A stretch of 64,000 nucleotides of DNA, from positions 20,183 to 84,182 of the forward strand of contig DASPJR010000158.1 of NCBI GenBank assembly GCA_035628505.1, given 5' to 3'. The stretch comes from Planctomycetota bacterium (GTDB taxonomy: Bacteria > Planctomycetota > SZUA-567 > H5-PLA8). The notes under the pieces were generated by a model, which searched no databases, was not told where the DNA came from, and worked only from the letters and a program-made list of their open reading frames with translations. Each line of letters begins with the position of its first letter. The stretch's first letter is position 1. Positions 10,091-20,561 of the stretch are shown piece by piece. A program made the translations under genes and the position numbers.

Positions 10091-12001
10091 CTATGCGCGT
10101 TTCTCAACGTAAATGAGGTCTTTAATAAAATCCATGATCTGGGCGACACATTCCGACACAGAATACTTATCTGTCTCCAGCACCAGTTCAGGCTTGAGCG
10201 GCTCTTCATACGGCGCCGAAATTCCAGTGAAGTCCTTAATTTCCCCGGTCCGCGCTTTCTTGTAGAGCCCTTTGGGGTCGCGCTTCTCGCACACTTCAAG
10301 CGGACACTTCACGTACACTTCAATGAAGTCGCTCGGTGCGATGGCTTTGCGTACACTGTCGCGGTCGGAACGGTACGGGGAGATGAACGTCGTGATGACG
10401 ATCAGGCCGCCATCCGTCATCAGGTGTGCGACCTCGCCAACGCGGCGAATGTTTTCAGCCCGATCTTTCGGCGAGAAACCCAGATCCTTGCAGAGCCCCT
10501 GCCGAACATTGTCTCCGTCGAGCACATACACATTCAGGTGATGGTGGAAGAGCTCGGCTTCAAGCTCCGTGGCGATCGTGGATTTGCCAGAGGCCGACAA
10601 TCCCGTCAGCCAGATCACCGCGCCCTTATGTCCGTTGCGCAGCGCGCGGTCGTCGGCCGTGATCTTGGTCTTGTGCCAGGTAAGATTGCTTGCCCCGCCC
10701 TTGGCACCGTAGCCATCGGCATACGTGCCATGCAGAATGATTCCGCCGCCGGTGACTTCCTTGCGATCGACAATGACAAAGCGGCCCGTTTCGGCAATGC
10801 GGTTATGGTTGTCGAACGCCACGGGGTACTTGGTGCGGATGGTGATCTCAGCCACGTCGTTCTTGGCGACGTACGTCCGGCCAGCGACCTCAGCCAGCGT
10901 TGATGCGTCGATGACTTTCTCAATGGATGCCAGCTCGCATTCCACTTCCTGCGTGGTGAGCTTCAGCTTGTATTTCTTACCGATTTCAAAATTCTGCCGT
11001 CCCAGCCAGAAAAGATTGGCTTTGAACGTGTCGGCGGTAATCGGGGCAGACTGTTCGTGGCTGCCGACATGCCCGCGCTCGACGAAGATTTGCTCCGTGA
11101 GTGTGATTCCGATCGACTCCCCGGCAAACGCGTCTTCACGCGTCGGCGCGCTCCAGCGTTCGATGGTTTTGACCACGCCGACTTTCCCACGCGGCGCAAA
11201 GACGAGGCGGTCTCCGACTTTCACGGTTCCGGATTCCACACGCCCGGCCAGGATGCGACGGTGATCGAAGCGGTAAATGTCCTGGATGGGGAAGCGCAGC
11301 GGAAGGTGCGTCGGAGGGTTGCCGACTTCGAAGAGGTTGTCGATCGCGCCGACCACCGGATGGCCTTTGAACCACGGCGTCTTCTCGCTGTTCTTAGCGA
11401 TGTTGTCACCATGCTTGGCAGCAATGGGAATAAACAGCTTCGGCTCTACGCCCAGTTTGAGGAGGAATTCACGGTATTCGCGTTCGATCCGGTCAAAGAC
11501 GGCCTGGTCGTAGCCGACGAGATCCATCTTGTTGACCAGCACGATCACCTGCCGGATGCCGAGCAGATGAAGCATGTAGCCGTGGCGGCGGGACTGTTCC
11601 TGCACGCCTTCGTGCGCGTCGATCAGCAGCAGCGCGGCGTCCGCGCTGGCCGCGCCGGTGATCATGTTCTTGAGGAATTCTTTGTGTCCGGGCGCGTCGA
11701 TGATGACGTACTGGCGGCGCGACGTTGAGAACCAGATCTGCGCCGTATCGATGGTGATGTTCTGATCGCGCTCGCTCTGCAGCGAGTCCATCAGGTTAGC
11801 CCACTCGAACGGCACGCCGCGCCGCTCGGCGATGCGCACGAGCTGCTCATACTTGCCGGTCGGCAGCGAGCCCGTGTCGTAGAACAGGCGGCCAACGAAT
11901 GTGGATTTGCCGTGATCGACGTGCCCGACGATGACGATTTTCATCTGCTCGAGATTTGTTGCTACAGTGCTCGTTGCTGACACTTCGGTGTTCTCCCCCA
12001 A
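10091..12001 (-). CDS. cysNC: Bifunctional sulfate adenylyltransferase subunit 1 / APS kinase
   Basis: GTPase motifs [14 protein letters not shown] and NKMD; C-terminal APS kinase [15 protein letters not shown] and DPKGLYK. Confidence 0.96.
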   Translation of the reverse strand: MGENTEVSATSTVATNLEQMKIVIVGHVDHGKSTFVGRLFYDTGSLPTGKYEQLVRIAERRGVPFEWANLMDSLQSERDQNITIDTAQIWFSTSRRQYVIIDAPGHKEFLKNMITGAASADAALLLIDAHEGVQEQSRRHGYMLHLLGIRQVIVLVNKMDLVGYDQAVFDRIEREYREFLLKLGVEPKLFIPIAAKHGDNIAKNSEKTPWFKGHPVVGAIDNLFEVGNPPTHLPLRFPIQDIYRFDHRRILAGRVESGTVKVGDRLVFAPRGKVGVVKTIERWSAPTREDAFAGESIGITLTEQIFVERGHVGSHEQSAPITADTFKANLFWLGRQNFEIGKKYKLKLTTQEVECELASIEKVIDASTLAEVAGRTYVAKNDVAEITIRTKYPVAFDNHNRIAETGRFVIVDRKEVTGGGIILHGTYADGYGAKGGASNLTWHKTKITADDRALRNGHKGAVIWLTGLSASGKSTIATELEAELFHHHLNVYVLDGDNVRQGLCKDLGFSPKDRAENIRRVGEVAHLMTDGGLIVITTFISPYRSDRDSVRKAIAPSDFIEVYVKCPLEVCEKRDPKGLYKKARTGEIKDFTGISAPYEEPLKPELVLETDKYSVSECVAQIMDFIKDLIYVEKRA

Positions 12002-12013
12002 GTCTTATCAATT

Positions 12014-12040
12014 CTTTGCGCCGTTGCGGCTTTGCGTGAG
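12014..12040. repeat. Short 8-mer tandem repeat (TTGCGNNN)x3 between cysD and cysNC
   Basis: TTGCGCCG TTGCGGCT TTGCGTGA. Confidence 0.6.
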
Positions 12041-12055
12041 ACAATCCGGTGCCGT

Positions 12056-12865
12056 TTACATGTACCCGTCGCGCCTTAGCTTCTCGAAGGCGTCTTCCGA
12101 TTCCTGATCCTGAGCGCGGCCAGCACGTTCGGGAACTTTCGTATTCTTAAGCTCTTCGATGATCTCCTTCACCGTTGTCGCATTTGAGGCGATGTCGCCG
12201 GTGCAAGGCGCACAGCCGAGACTGCGGTAGCGGCGCCCGTTCTTGGCGAAATAGAGCGGGATGATAGGAATGTTTTCCTTGTCGATGTATTCCCAGATGT
12301 TCAGCTCGGTCCAGTGCAGCAGCGGGTGAATGCGGATGTGCGTGCCGGCATCGAAGTCTGTTTTGAACTGGTCCCACAGTTCCGGCGGCTGGTCTTCGAC
12401 ATTCCACTCCATGTTCTTGTCGCGCGGGGAGAAGTAGCGCTCCTTGGCGCGGGTGGGCTCTTCGTCGCGGCGGACGCCGACGATCACGCCAGTGTAGTTC
12501 TTTTCTTCCAGCAGCTGCTTGAGCGCGTCTTTCTTGAGCGTTCCGCAGCATTCCACGCGTGTGGCCTTGCCGTTGGGATAGGTCACGCCGCTTTCAAGCA
12601 CCTTGGTATTCTTGCCGACGACCAGATTAAGATTCCAGTCCCGCGCCATGCGATCGCGATAGGCGATCATCGAATCGATTTTGTAGGTGGTGTCGATGTG
12701 AACCAGCGGAAACGGCACATGCCCGAAGAACGCCTTACGGGCGAGCCAGAGAAGGACCGTCGAGTCCTTTCCGATCGACCACAGCATCGCCAGATTCTCA
12801 AACTTATTGAACGCTTCACGGAAGATGAAGATGCTCTGGTTTTCAAGTTCCTCAAGATGATCCAT
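12056..12865 (-). CDS. cysD: Sulfate adenylyltransferase subunit 2
   Basis: [29 protein letters not shown] and YRSLGC motifs. Confidence 0.96.
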   Translation of the reverse strand: MDHLEELENQSIFIFREAFNKFENLAMLWSIGKDSTVLLWLARKAFFGHVPFPLVHIDTTYKIDSMIAYRDRMARDWNLNLVVGKNTKVLESGVTYPNGKATRVECCGTLKKDALKQLLEEKNYTGVIVGVRRDEEPTRAKERYFSPRDKNMEWNVEDQPPELWDQFKTDFDAGTHIRIHPLLHWTELNIWEYIDKENIPIIPLYFAKNGRRYRSLGCAPCTGDIASNATTVKEIIEELKNTKVPERAGRAQDQESEDAFEKLRRDGYM

Positions 12866-13060
12866 CTTAACTCCTGACCTCCTCTGACCTCTCGCGGCCA
12901 GATTTCGCCGCAGACTTTGTATTTCCTATAGGAAAACTATGGAATTACAAGTCTTTCTTTGCAGTTTGCTTCGAAGTTTCCGCCATAGAACCTGTTGCGG
13001 TTTAGACGACAACAGATTATGGTCGGTAGTGCCGCTTCGTGAGCCGCTCCCGAGGAAGCC

Positions 13061-13957
13061 ATGCCCCACCGGAACACTCACTCCCCGCACCGCTTTCCCT
13101 CACTTTTACTCGGCCTCTGCCTTGGATTCACCTCAAATTTTGCACTTGTTCATGCCGCCCAGCCCACGCCCGGAGTGAAGCCTTCGGATGCGCTCCGCGC
13201 CCGTGAACTGGTGCGGGCCCTGGGTTCCGACGACTACTCCGAGCGCCTCAGCGCCCGCAACGAGCTTACTGAGTTGGGCCGCGCAGCCATCGAACCGCTG
13301 GAACTGGCAATCAAGTCTGAAGACCCGGAAGTCCGACTTCGCGCTCTCGAGATTCTCATTGCTTTGCGTGGCCGCGGTTTCCTGGGGATCAGCCTCTCTG
13401 AGACAACAGAGGACGATGAGGTTGCTCAGGGCGACGACGAAGGCAACCCGGAACTGCCATCGACCGTCCAGCCGCCCAAGGTCGTTGCCAACCAGGTAGT
13501 CAACTTCCGCCAGTATCTTGCCTACGGCGTCACTAAGCCACTTCCGGCCGAAGCGGCTGGACTTGTCGCGGGCGACAAAATCCTGGCGGTGAACGAACAG
13601 CCGGTTCATGGCGTGAAAGACCTGATGCGCGAGGTCATCGCGATCGGACCGGCACGCACCGCCCTGCTGCTGATCGAGCGCGGCGACCAGAAGCTGCGCC
13701 TGCCGGTGCTGCTGACGCGCAATCCAATCATGATGAAACTCAACGAGTTCGGCGGCATGCAGATCACCAAGGATCCACCCCCGCCGGTGGACCTTGAAAA
13801 GGAGCTCGAACTGCCTGGCGGCGAGAAGCAGACGCTTGCACCTCTCGCAGGCGAACAGACGCCTGTTGCTGCAAGGGGTGCTCGCGAGCCTGCCATTCTC
13901 GACAACGAAGAGGCCGCCGACGTTCTCAACATCCTTCAGCGGCTGACAGCTCAGTAA
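13061..13957 (+). CDS. Secreted HEAT-repeat + PDZ domain protein
   Basis: Signal-like N-terminus; LGSDDYSERLSA...DPEVRLRA (HEAT-like); GFLGIS and PAEAAGLVAGDKILAVN (PDZ). Confidence 0.75.
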   Translation: MPHRNTHSPHRFPSLLLGLCLGFTSNFALVHAAQPTPGVKPSDALRARELVRALGSDDYSERLSARNELTELGRAAIEPLELAIKSEDPEVRLRALEILIALRGRGFLGISLSETTEDDEVAQGDDEGNPELPSTVQPPKVVANQVVNFRQYLAYGVTKPLPAEAAGLVAGDKILAVNEQPVHGVKDLMREVIAIGPARTALLLIERGDQKLRLPVLLTRNPIMMKLNEFGGMQITKDPPPPVDLEKELELPGGEKQTLAPLAGEQTPVAARGAREPAILDNEEAADVLNILQRLTAQ

Positions 13958-14387
13958 AGCCGCCGTCTTCCAGAACCCAGAATCTCAGTTCCCCTGCCCT
14001 GCCCTGATCCGTGCGCAGGATTGCGTACACGTATTGCGCCTGCGTGAACTCATAAAGTCCACGCGCGTCCTCCAGGTCAATGTGCGACGGCACCGCTGGC
14101 GCGTGCGGGTGACTGTGGAAGAAGCCGACGATCTGCGTTCCGTCTCTTTTATCCGCAAGCTCGCGCTCAAGACTCGCGTAAGATCGCGGATCCAGCATGT
14201 AACGGTCCTCTGCGCGAACCGTGTTTACGTTTGCAATCGGAACGGCGCGACTGATTTGAATCAAATTCCCGGCAATGCTGCCAACGAGCGCACCGCAGCC
14301 TTCAGCCGGGTAAACAGAAACAAGATGCCCGGCGATCGCATCGCGAACGCCGGGCATCAAGTGAACATGGACTGCATTCATCTGCAA
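13926..14387 (-). CDS. Mov34/MPN/JAB (M67) metallopeptidase
   Basis: JAMM motif E(GCGALVG)...FHSHP...PS..D. Confidence 0.88.
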   Translation of the reverse strand: MQMNAVHVHLMPGVRDAIAGHLVSVYPAEGCGALVGSIAGNLIQISRAVPIANVNTVRAEDRYMLDPRSYASLERELADKRDGTQIVGFFHSHPHAPAVPSHIDLEDARGLYEFTQAQYVYAILRTDQGRAGELRFWVLEDGGFTELSAAEGC

Positions 14388-14417
14388 ACCAGAAACTATA
14401 AACCGGAAACCAGAAAC
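14386..14417. repeat. Heptamer tandem repeat (AAACCAG)x4.5 between eno and the JAB gene
   Basis: AAACCAG AAACTAT AAACCGG AAACCAG AAAC. Confidence 0.65.
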
Positions 14418-14422
14418 ATCTC

Positions 14423-15721
<1,299 letters not shown>

Positions 15722-15857
15722 TTAAGACTCTCCTTCGTAGGTTGATCTCTTTCGTTGAAAACAGAGGTTTCCCAGGGGCCGATTCAGGTTTTCCGCACCG
15801 CGCCACCGTTCTGAACAAGAGAGAAGGATATTAAGGCGCGCGTGGGCTGATGCAACC

Positions 15858-15886
15858 AAAAGTAAGGGGCGGGATTGCCCCGCCCC
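15858..15886 (-). terminator. Intrinsic terminator downstream of surface-protein paralog 1
   Basis: On the minus strand, a GGGGCGGG/CCCGCCCC-type stem followed by TTACTTTT. Confidence 0.65.
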
Positions 15887-15913
15887 ATCGTCCTTAAAAC
15901 TGCTTTATTCAGC

Positions 15914-17719
15914 TTAGCGCAGGTTCACCTGGTCAATCCAGTTCGTGTTCTTACCATTTGAACGCTGGCCGGCGATGATGCGCTTGGCAGCTTCGCCGCT
16001 GAAATCAGTGTTCGTTCCAGTGCGGTCCAGATCGAGCCCGAACGTGAAGTTCGCGGCGCCGGTGCCTGCGTCCGCCGCGGCGCGAATTCCTGTCACGAAG
16101 AACGACAGCGGCTGGGTGACGACCGATCCGCGGAAGCTGCGCGCGCTCAGCTGGAAGCGGCTGACCGTTTCACCAAACAGATTGTTCGGGGCCAGCCGGA
16201 TGTCGCCACGCGCAGTGCTCGTCAGCTGCGGTGCGATAAACTTCTGATTAAAGCGGGTGCCAATGCGAATGCCCACGCTGGTAAGCGCGTCCAGTCCGGG
16301 GTTGGCATCGATTCCGAAGCGCGGAATTGCCAGGAATTTGACCGACCAGGCTACCCCGTTGTTGCCGGCGATGGTCCGTTTATCCGTGCCTTTGACACTG
16401 ATAATCTGGAAGTTTCCGCCGAGCGACTGGCCCAGCCGTCCGAGCTGATAATCAGCCTGGTACTTGTCACCGTTGCGCCGCGTAACGAATTCGAGAACGT
16501 CCGTCGAGACGATAGCGGTGCAGATGGTGATGCCGACCGAATAGCGCTTGGTGCTGCGGTTTGCAATGTTGATTGCGTCGAGCTTTTTGCTCAGGCTGGC
16601 TCGCGTGATAGCTCCGGAAAGCTGACCGGAGCGTGGATTGACGGATGCCACCATGCGGCTGCCATCTTCGAAAACCAGCGGGCCGCCGCGCGCATTCACC
16701 ACCTGCCCCGTCGCATTGAAGCGGCCTTCGAACGAAGCGCCGCCGACCTGGAAGACGAATGGCGAACCGTTGAGGCTGGAGATCGCCGCACCGCTCAGGT
16801 TGATGTATCCGCTGAACGTAATCGTATCGCGGTTGAGCAGACCGACGTCTCCCTTGATCTTGCAGCTCATCGTCGTGAAATCGCTGGCGGTCACAGGATT
16901 GTCGATAATCGTAAAGGTGATCAGCTGGTCCTGCACCGCGCCGCTGCGGCTGGCGGCAATTCGCTTGATGGAGTCAGTCGCGCGGGCAACGAAACTGATT
17001 CGTCCGGGCTGCAGCGGGCGGCCCATGATCGTGCCGTCGGCGGCCAGCGACAACCCGATCGCCTCAAGGCCGCTGGAGGATCCTTTCGGAACGCCGTCGA
17101 CCGTCAGGGTATTGGGCATCACGCTGAAGGTCACGGTCTTGTTGCCACCGAGAACTTCAAGCTTCGAAATGTAATTGAGTCCGACAAAACCATTGTTGAT
17201 GCGGTCGACGGCAAAGCGGAATTCGTTCGGGCCGCAGATCACCATGTTGAGCTGGAAATTTCCGGTCGCGGCGAACGGCGTCGTGCCGGCGCTGTCGGTC
17301 ACCTGCGCCTGGAAAAGCAGCGGAACATTGGGACGGGCAATACCCGTCACCGAACCCATCATGCAGCCCGAAAGTCCAAGCATCAGCGAAGAGTTCACGG
17401 CGAGCTGATTGACCATGGACTTGTTCAATTCGATGAAAGCATACGGCCGCAATCCGCCGCCGGCCGTCAGGTAGCGCGTAATCTGCGAGCCATAGCACGC
17501 ATCACCCAGGTCGTAGGTGTTCGCGTTGATATTGGCTGCATCGGATAGAATCGCGTTGGTGAACGTCAACGTGGTGGAACCAACAATACGGCCTTCTGCG
17601 GCGGGCGCACTGGCGCTCAAACCACGATTACCCACGGTGGCATAGCAGAAGCTGGCCACGGCACAAACGAATCCCAATGCCAGGGTGCGAACCAAAAACC
17701 TCTTGCTCAGCGTCAACAC
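15914..17719 (-). CDS. Secreted surface protein with putative Ig (He_PIG-like) domains, paralog 1
   Basis: Signal peptide; DLGD..G....R...A.GG..PY.F; GLSLAADGTIMGRP..PGRISF; shares blocks with the two upstream paralogs. Confidence 0.75.
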   Translation of the reverse strand: MLTLSKRFLVRTLALGFVCAVASFCYATVGNRGLSASAPAAEGRIVGSTTLTFTNAILSDAANINANTYDLGDACYGSQITRYLTAGGGLRPYAFIELNKSMVNQLAVNSSLMLGLSGCMMGSVTGIARPNVPLLFQAQVTDSAGTTPFAATGNFQLNMVICGPNEFRFAVDRINNGFVGLNYISKLEVLGGNKTVTFSVMPNTLTVDGVPKGSSSGLEAIGLSLAADGTIMGRPLQPGRISFVARATDSIKRIAASRSGAVQDQLITFTIIDNPVTASDFTTMSCKIKGDVGLLNRDTITFSGYINLSGAAISSLNGSPFVFQVGGASFEGRFNATGQVVNARGGPLVFEDGSRMVASVNPRSGQLSGAITRASLSKKLDAINIANRSTKRYSVGITICTAIVSTDVLEFVTRRNGDKYQADYQLGRLGQSLGGNFQIISVKGTDKRTIAGNNGVAWSVKFLAIPRFGIDANPGLDALTSVGIRIGTRFNQKFIAPQLTSTARGDIRLAPNNLFGETVSRFQLSARSFRGSVVTQPLSFFVTGIRAAADAGTGAANFTFGLDLDRTGTNTDFSGEAAKRIIAGQRSNGKNTNWIDQVNLR

Positions 17720-17958
17720 AACGGCTCCTTTCGATCCGGCTGGTGCTTAAACGTACCCTGATATTGTGACCCGTGAGTGCCTCAACGTTTACACGAATCT
17801 ACGCACATCCGCAAGGCGGAAAAACCCCGCGTATGCCTTGAATATGCACCAACTTGGACAGACTTTTTCGCTGATTATTAGCGGGCGAAAAGAGAGTTTC
17901 GACTTCTTGAAAAAAGTTGCTCAACGTGCGTTTAACTGATGCGCAACTTTGCCGGCGT

Positions 17959-20286
17959 TCACCGGCCAGGGTTTTCACCCCACGAATCGCGGCGTGAGAA
18001 GATCTGCAATCCGTTCTCTCCAACGAATGTATTCACGGCACCCTGCCTGAGCGTAATATTAACTGGGAAGTTGGCGCGTGTGCCCGGCGGAACGCCCGCC
18101 GCAGTCCTGCCATCATCAATCGGGCTGGCATGCGGAATTCCGCTCTTTGCCGACGTCAGCAGGCCAGTCGTCATGTGGCCAAGGCCGCTTCTGGCGTTCA
18201 TAGAAAGCTTCAGAATCCTGTCTTTTGCCAGCGTGTTGGCGCTGTAGTTTACGCGGCCGTTGCGCTCCTGGACCGCAAACGTGTCCTCGACAGAGAGTCC
18301 CACCGATACGACTGCCGAGTTGGCCCCACCAAAACCGCTCGCGCCTTTGCGCGGCTTGGCAATGAACCCGACCAGAAAGGCGGTAGCGTCTTCGGTCTTC
18401 GATTCCTTGCTGCGCACCGTCCGCAGCATCATTGCACCGGAAAGCGATTCATTCCTCTGATTGTTGTACGTGAGCGTTTTGACGCCATTGCGGACCTTGA
18501 CGTCAAATTCCAGCGCCTCCATGCCCAGCGTCTGACCGCCCAGGCGCAGGAACACCGGCAGGGTGATTTTTCCATCGCGGGTGATTTCGTCGAAGCTTGT
18601 TCTGAAATCAGCGCGCCGCACATCGATGCTCAGCAGTCCGCGCGTGCTGAACTTGCCGTTAAAGATTTCTGAAAGGTTATTGTCGTCCTCGAGGTTGTTG
18701 TCGACCGCTACGGGCGGACGCGTAACCTTGATCTTGGTTCCAAAACCCTGCAGCACAGGCTTGGGCGCCGTGGCGAGAGGCGTGAGATACTTGCCGACGC
18801 GCAGCTCGATATCACTGCCGAAGAGCCCGTTGAAATTGGTGCTGTTCAGGTGCGGGTATCCGGCGAAGCGCACCGTGCCGCGCTGATTCTTGATCCGGAT
18901 CTGAACGCTCTGGACGAACAGTTCACTGTTGATGACTTCGTTGGCCTGAACCCTGATCGTGAACACCTGCGAATCACCGCTCCCGTTGCGGCCCCTTGCC
19001 CTGACGCCCCTGCTGTTTGTCGCAGTGCCGACGAACCTGATTTCTCCGGCCCGCAGCGGCTTGCCGTATATTTTTCCGTCTCCGCCGCTGAGCGACAGGC
19101 CGAGTTCTTCAAGCGTTGTCGGAGTGCCGTCGATCGTCACGTTGCTGGCCGTGAACGTGAGCGGGAAGCTTGACTCATTGACCACGCTCATGGTCGAGGA
19201 ATACTGCTGAAGCTGAAGGCCGTCCGCCAGGTTGTCCACTGCGAAGCGGAACTCGTTGGTATCGACAATGGTCAGGCGGAACCAGGACGTGACGAAATTA
19301 CCGATGCCATTGGTTCCTGAGGTTGGCGTTGCAGCGGAGTCCACCACGGCAGCCTGGAAGCGGATGGGGTTGATGTTGAAGCCGTTCGATGTTGCGCCGG
19401 AGAGCAGGCCGTTAAGACCAAATGTGACGCCTTGCTGCACAACAGTATTGGTCTGCACATCTGGAATGACATCCGAAGCAGAGACCAGGATGCCAAACGG
19501 ATTGCCGGTGACCGGCACTGTCGTCGTCTGAATGTAATCGGTGACCGTGTTGCCAAGCTCAAACTGCGCGCCCCACGCGGCGAAATCCAATTTGCGCGGA
19601 GCATCTCCGCCGGATGAACCCGTGCCGAAGCCGAACTTCACGATTTTTGCGCTGCTGTGAATCTGCGTAGCGATGGCCACGCGCGTCCAGACATCAGCGG
19701 AAATATCGGGCGCAACATTTTTAACATTGAACCCGTTCACGTCGTCCCAGATCACAAGCTCAAGCCGGTCAACGTTGACGGCTTTGAGGAAAATCGAGAA
19801 CACGACGATCTTGCCCTGGAAGAGGTCAGGCGTAAGCGGGACGGTGATCGCCTGCATAAATTCGTTTGTTCCGGCCTTCGCCGTGCGCTCGGTGAGCCGC
19901 TCGGCTGTCTGCGTGCCGTCGGGTGCCGGCATTGCGTTCGGCGTGACCACCAGTGTGCCGCTCTGCTCCCACACCGGATTATCGAGCTGTTCAGAAAAGA
20001 GCGCGTGATTGGTCCGGCTGGAGCTTACGAAGCGGTATGCGGGAATGCCGCCGATTGCCCGAACGTTGCGGGCAAAATTGCTGCCGCGGACGATGTCGCC
20101 AAGATCGAGGTCTGTCGAAAGCGCATGTGGCGGGTTGGCAAAGCGCAGCGGAATGCTTCCAAATCCACGCGAGGCTGCACCGGGATTACTATCGGAGACG
20201 GGAGTAGCCAGGGAATATGAAAAGGCCAGCAGTGCCAGCAGAAGACCCAGCAGACCGGACCGCACAAAACCTGCAAGCTTCGACAT
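17959..20286 (-). CDS. Secreted surface protein with putative Ig domains, paralog 2, carrying an inserted 166-aa beta-sandwich domain
   Basis: Start MSKLAG at 20286 behind a GGAGAGGG RBS; same conserved blocks as paralogs 1 and 3; extra segment RTNHALFSE...WGAQFELG..VTDYIQTTT. Confidence 0.75.
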   Translation of the reverse strand: MSKLAGFVRSGLLGLLLALLAFSYSLATPVSDSNPGAASRGFGSIPLRFANPPHALSTDLDLGDIVRGSNFARNVRAIGGIPAYRFVSSSRTNHALFSEQLDNPVWEQSGTLVVTPNAMPAPDGTQTAERLTERTAKAGTNEFMQAITVPLTPDLFQGKIVVFSIFLKAVNVDRLELVIWDDVNGFNVKNVAPDISADVWTRVAIATQIHSSAKIVKFGFGTGSSGGDAPRKLDFAAWGAQFELGNTVTDYIQTTTVPVTGNPFGILVSASDVIPDVQTNTVVQQGVTFGLNGLLSGATSNGFNINPIRFQAAVVDSAATPTSGTNGIGNFVTSWFRLTIVDTNEFRFAVDNLADGLQLQQYSSTMSVVNESSFPLTFTASNVTIDGTPTTLEELGLSLSGGDGKIYGKPLRAGEIRFVGTATNSRGVRARGRNGSGDSQVFTIRVQANEVINSELFVQSVQIRIKNQRGTVRFAGYPHLNSTNFNGLFGSDIELRVGKYLTPLATAPKPVLQGFGTKIKVTRPPVAVDNNLEDDNNLSEIFNGKFSTRGLLSIDVRRADFRTSFDEITRDGKITLPVFLRLGGQTLGMEALEFDVKVRNGVKTLTYNNQRNESLSGAMMLRTVRSKESKTEDATAFLVGFIAKPRKGASGFGGANSAVVSVGLSVEDTFAVQERNGRVNYSANTLAKDRILKLSMNARSGLGHMTTGLLTSAKSGIPHASPIDDGRTAAGVPPGTRANFPVNITLRQGAVNTFVGENGLQIFSRRDSWGENPGR

Positions 20287-20506
20287 AGTTGCCCGTCCCT
20301 CTCCCTTACCAAAAACACGCTGCCATCCGGTCATCGACAACGCACCGGACCGAACGCCCGGAAAACGGCGACACGCAGCGCCGAGCGCTTAGACTTAGTG
20401 ACATTCAGGATACTATCGTTTACACGATGAGCACGCCTCGCACAACACCAAAACAACGGCATAATTTGCCTTTTCCGCAGTCCCTGACGCAGCAAGTAGA
20501 GACCGG

Positions 20507-20542
20507 AAAAAAAACTGCCCCGGCGCGAGGCCGGGGCAGTTT
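20507..20542 (-). terminator. Intrinsic terminator downstream of paralog 3
   Basis: On the minus strand, ACTGCCCCGGC-loop-GCCGGGGCAGT followed by a T run. Confidence 0.85.
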
Positions 20543-20561
20543 ACTAAAGTACGTTCGAGTC

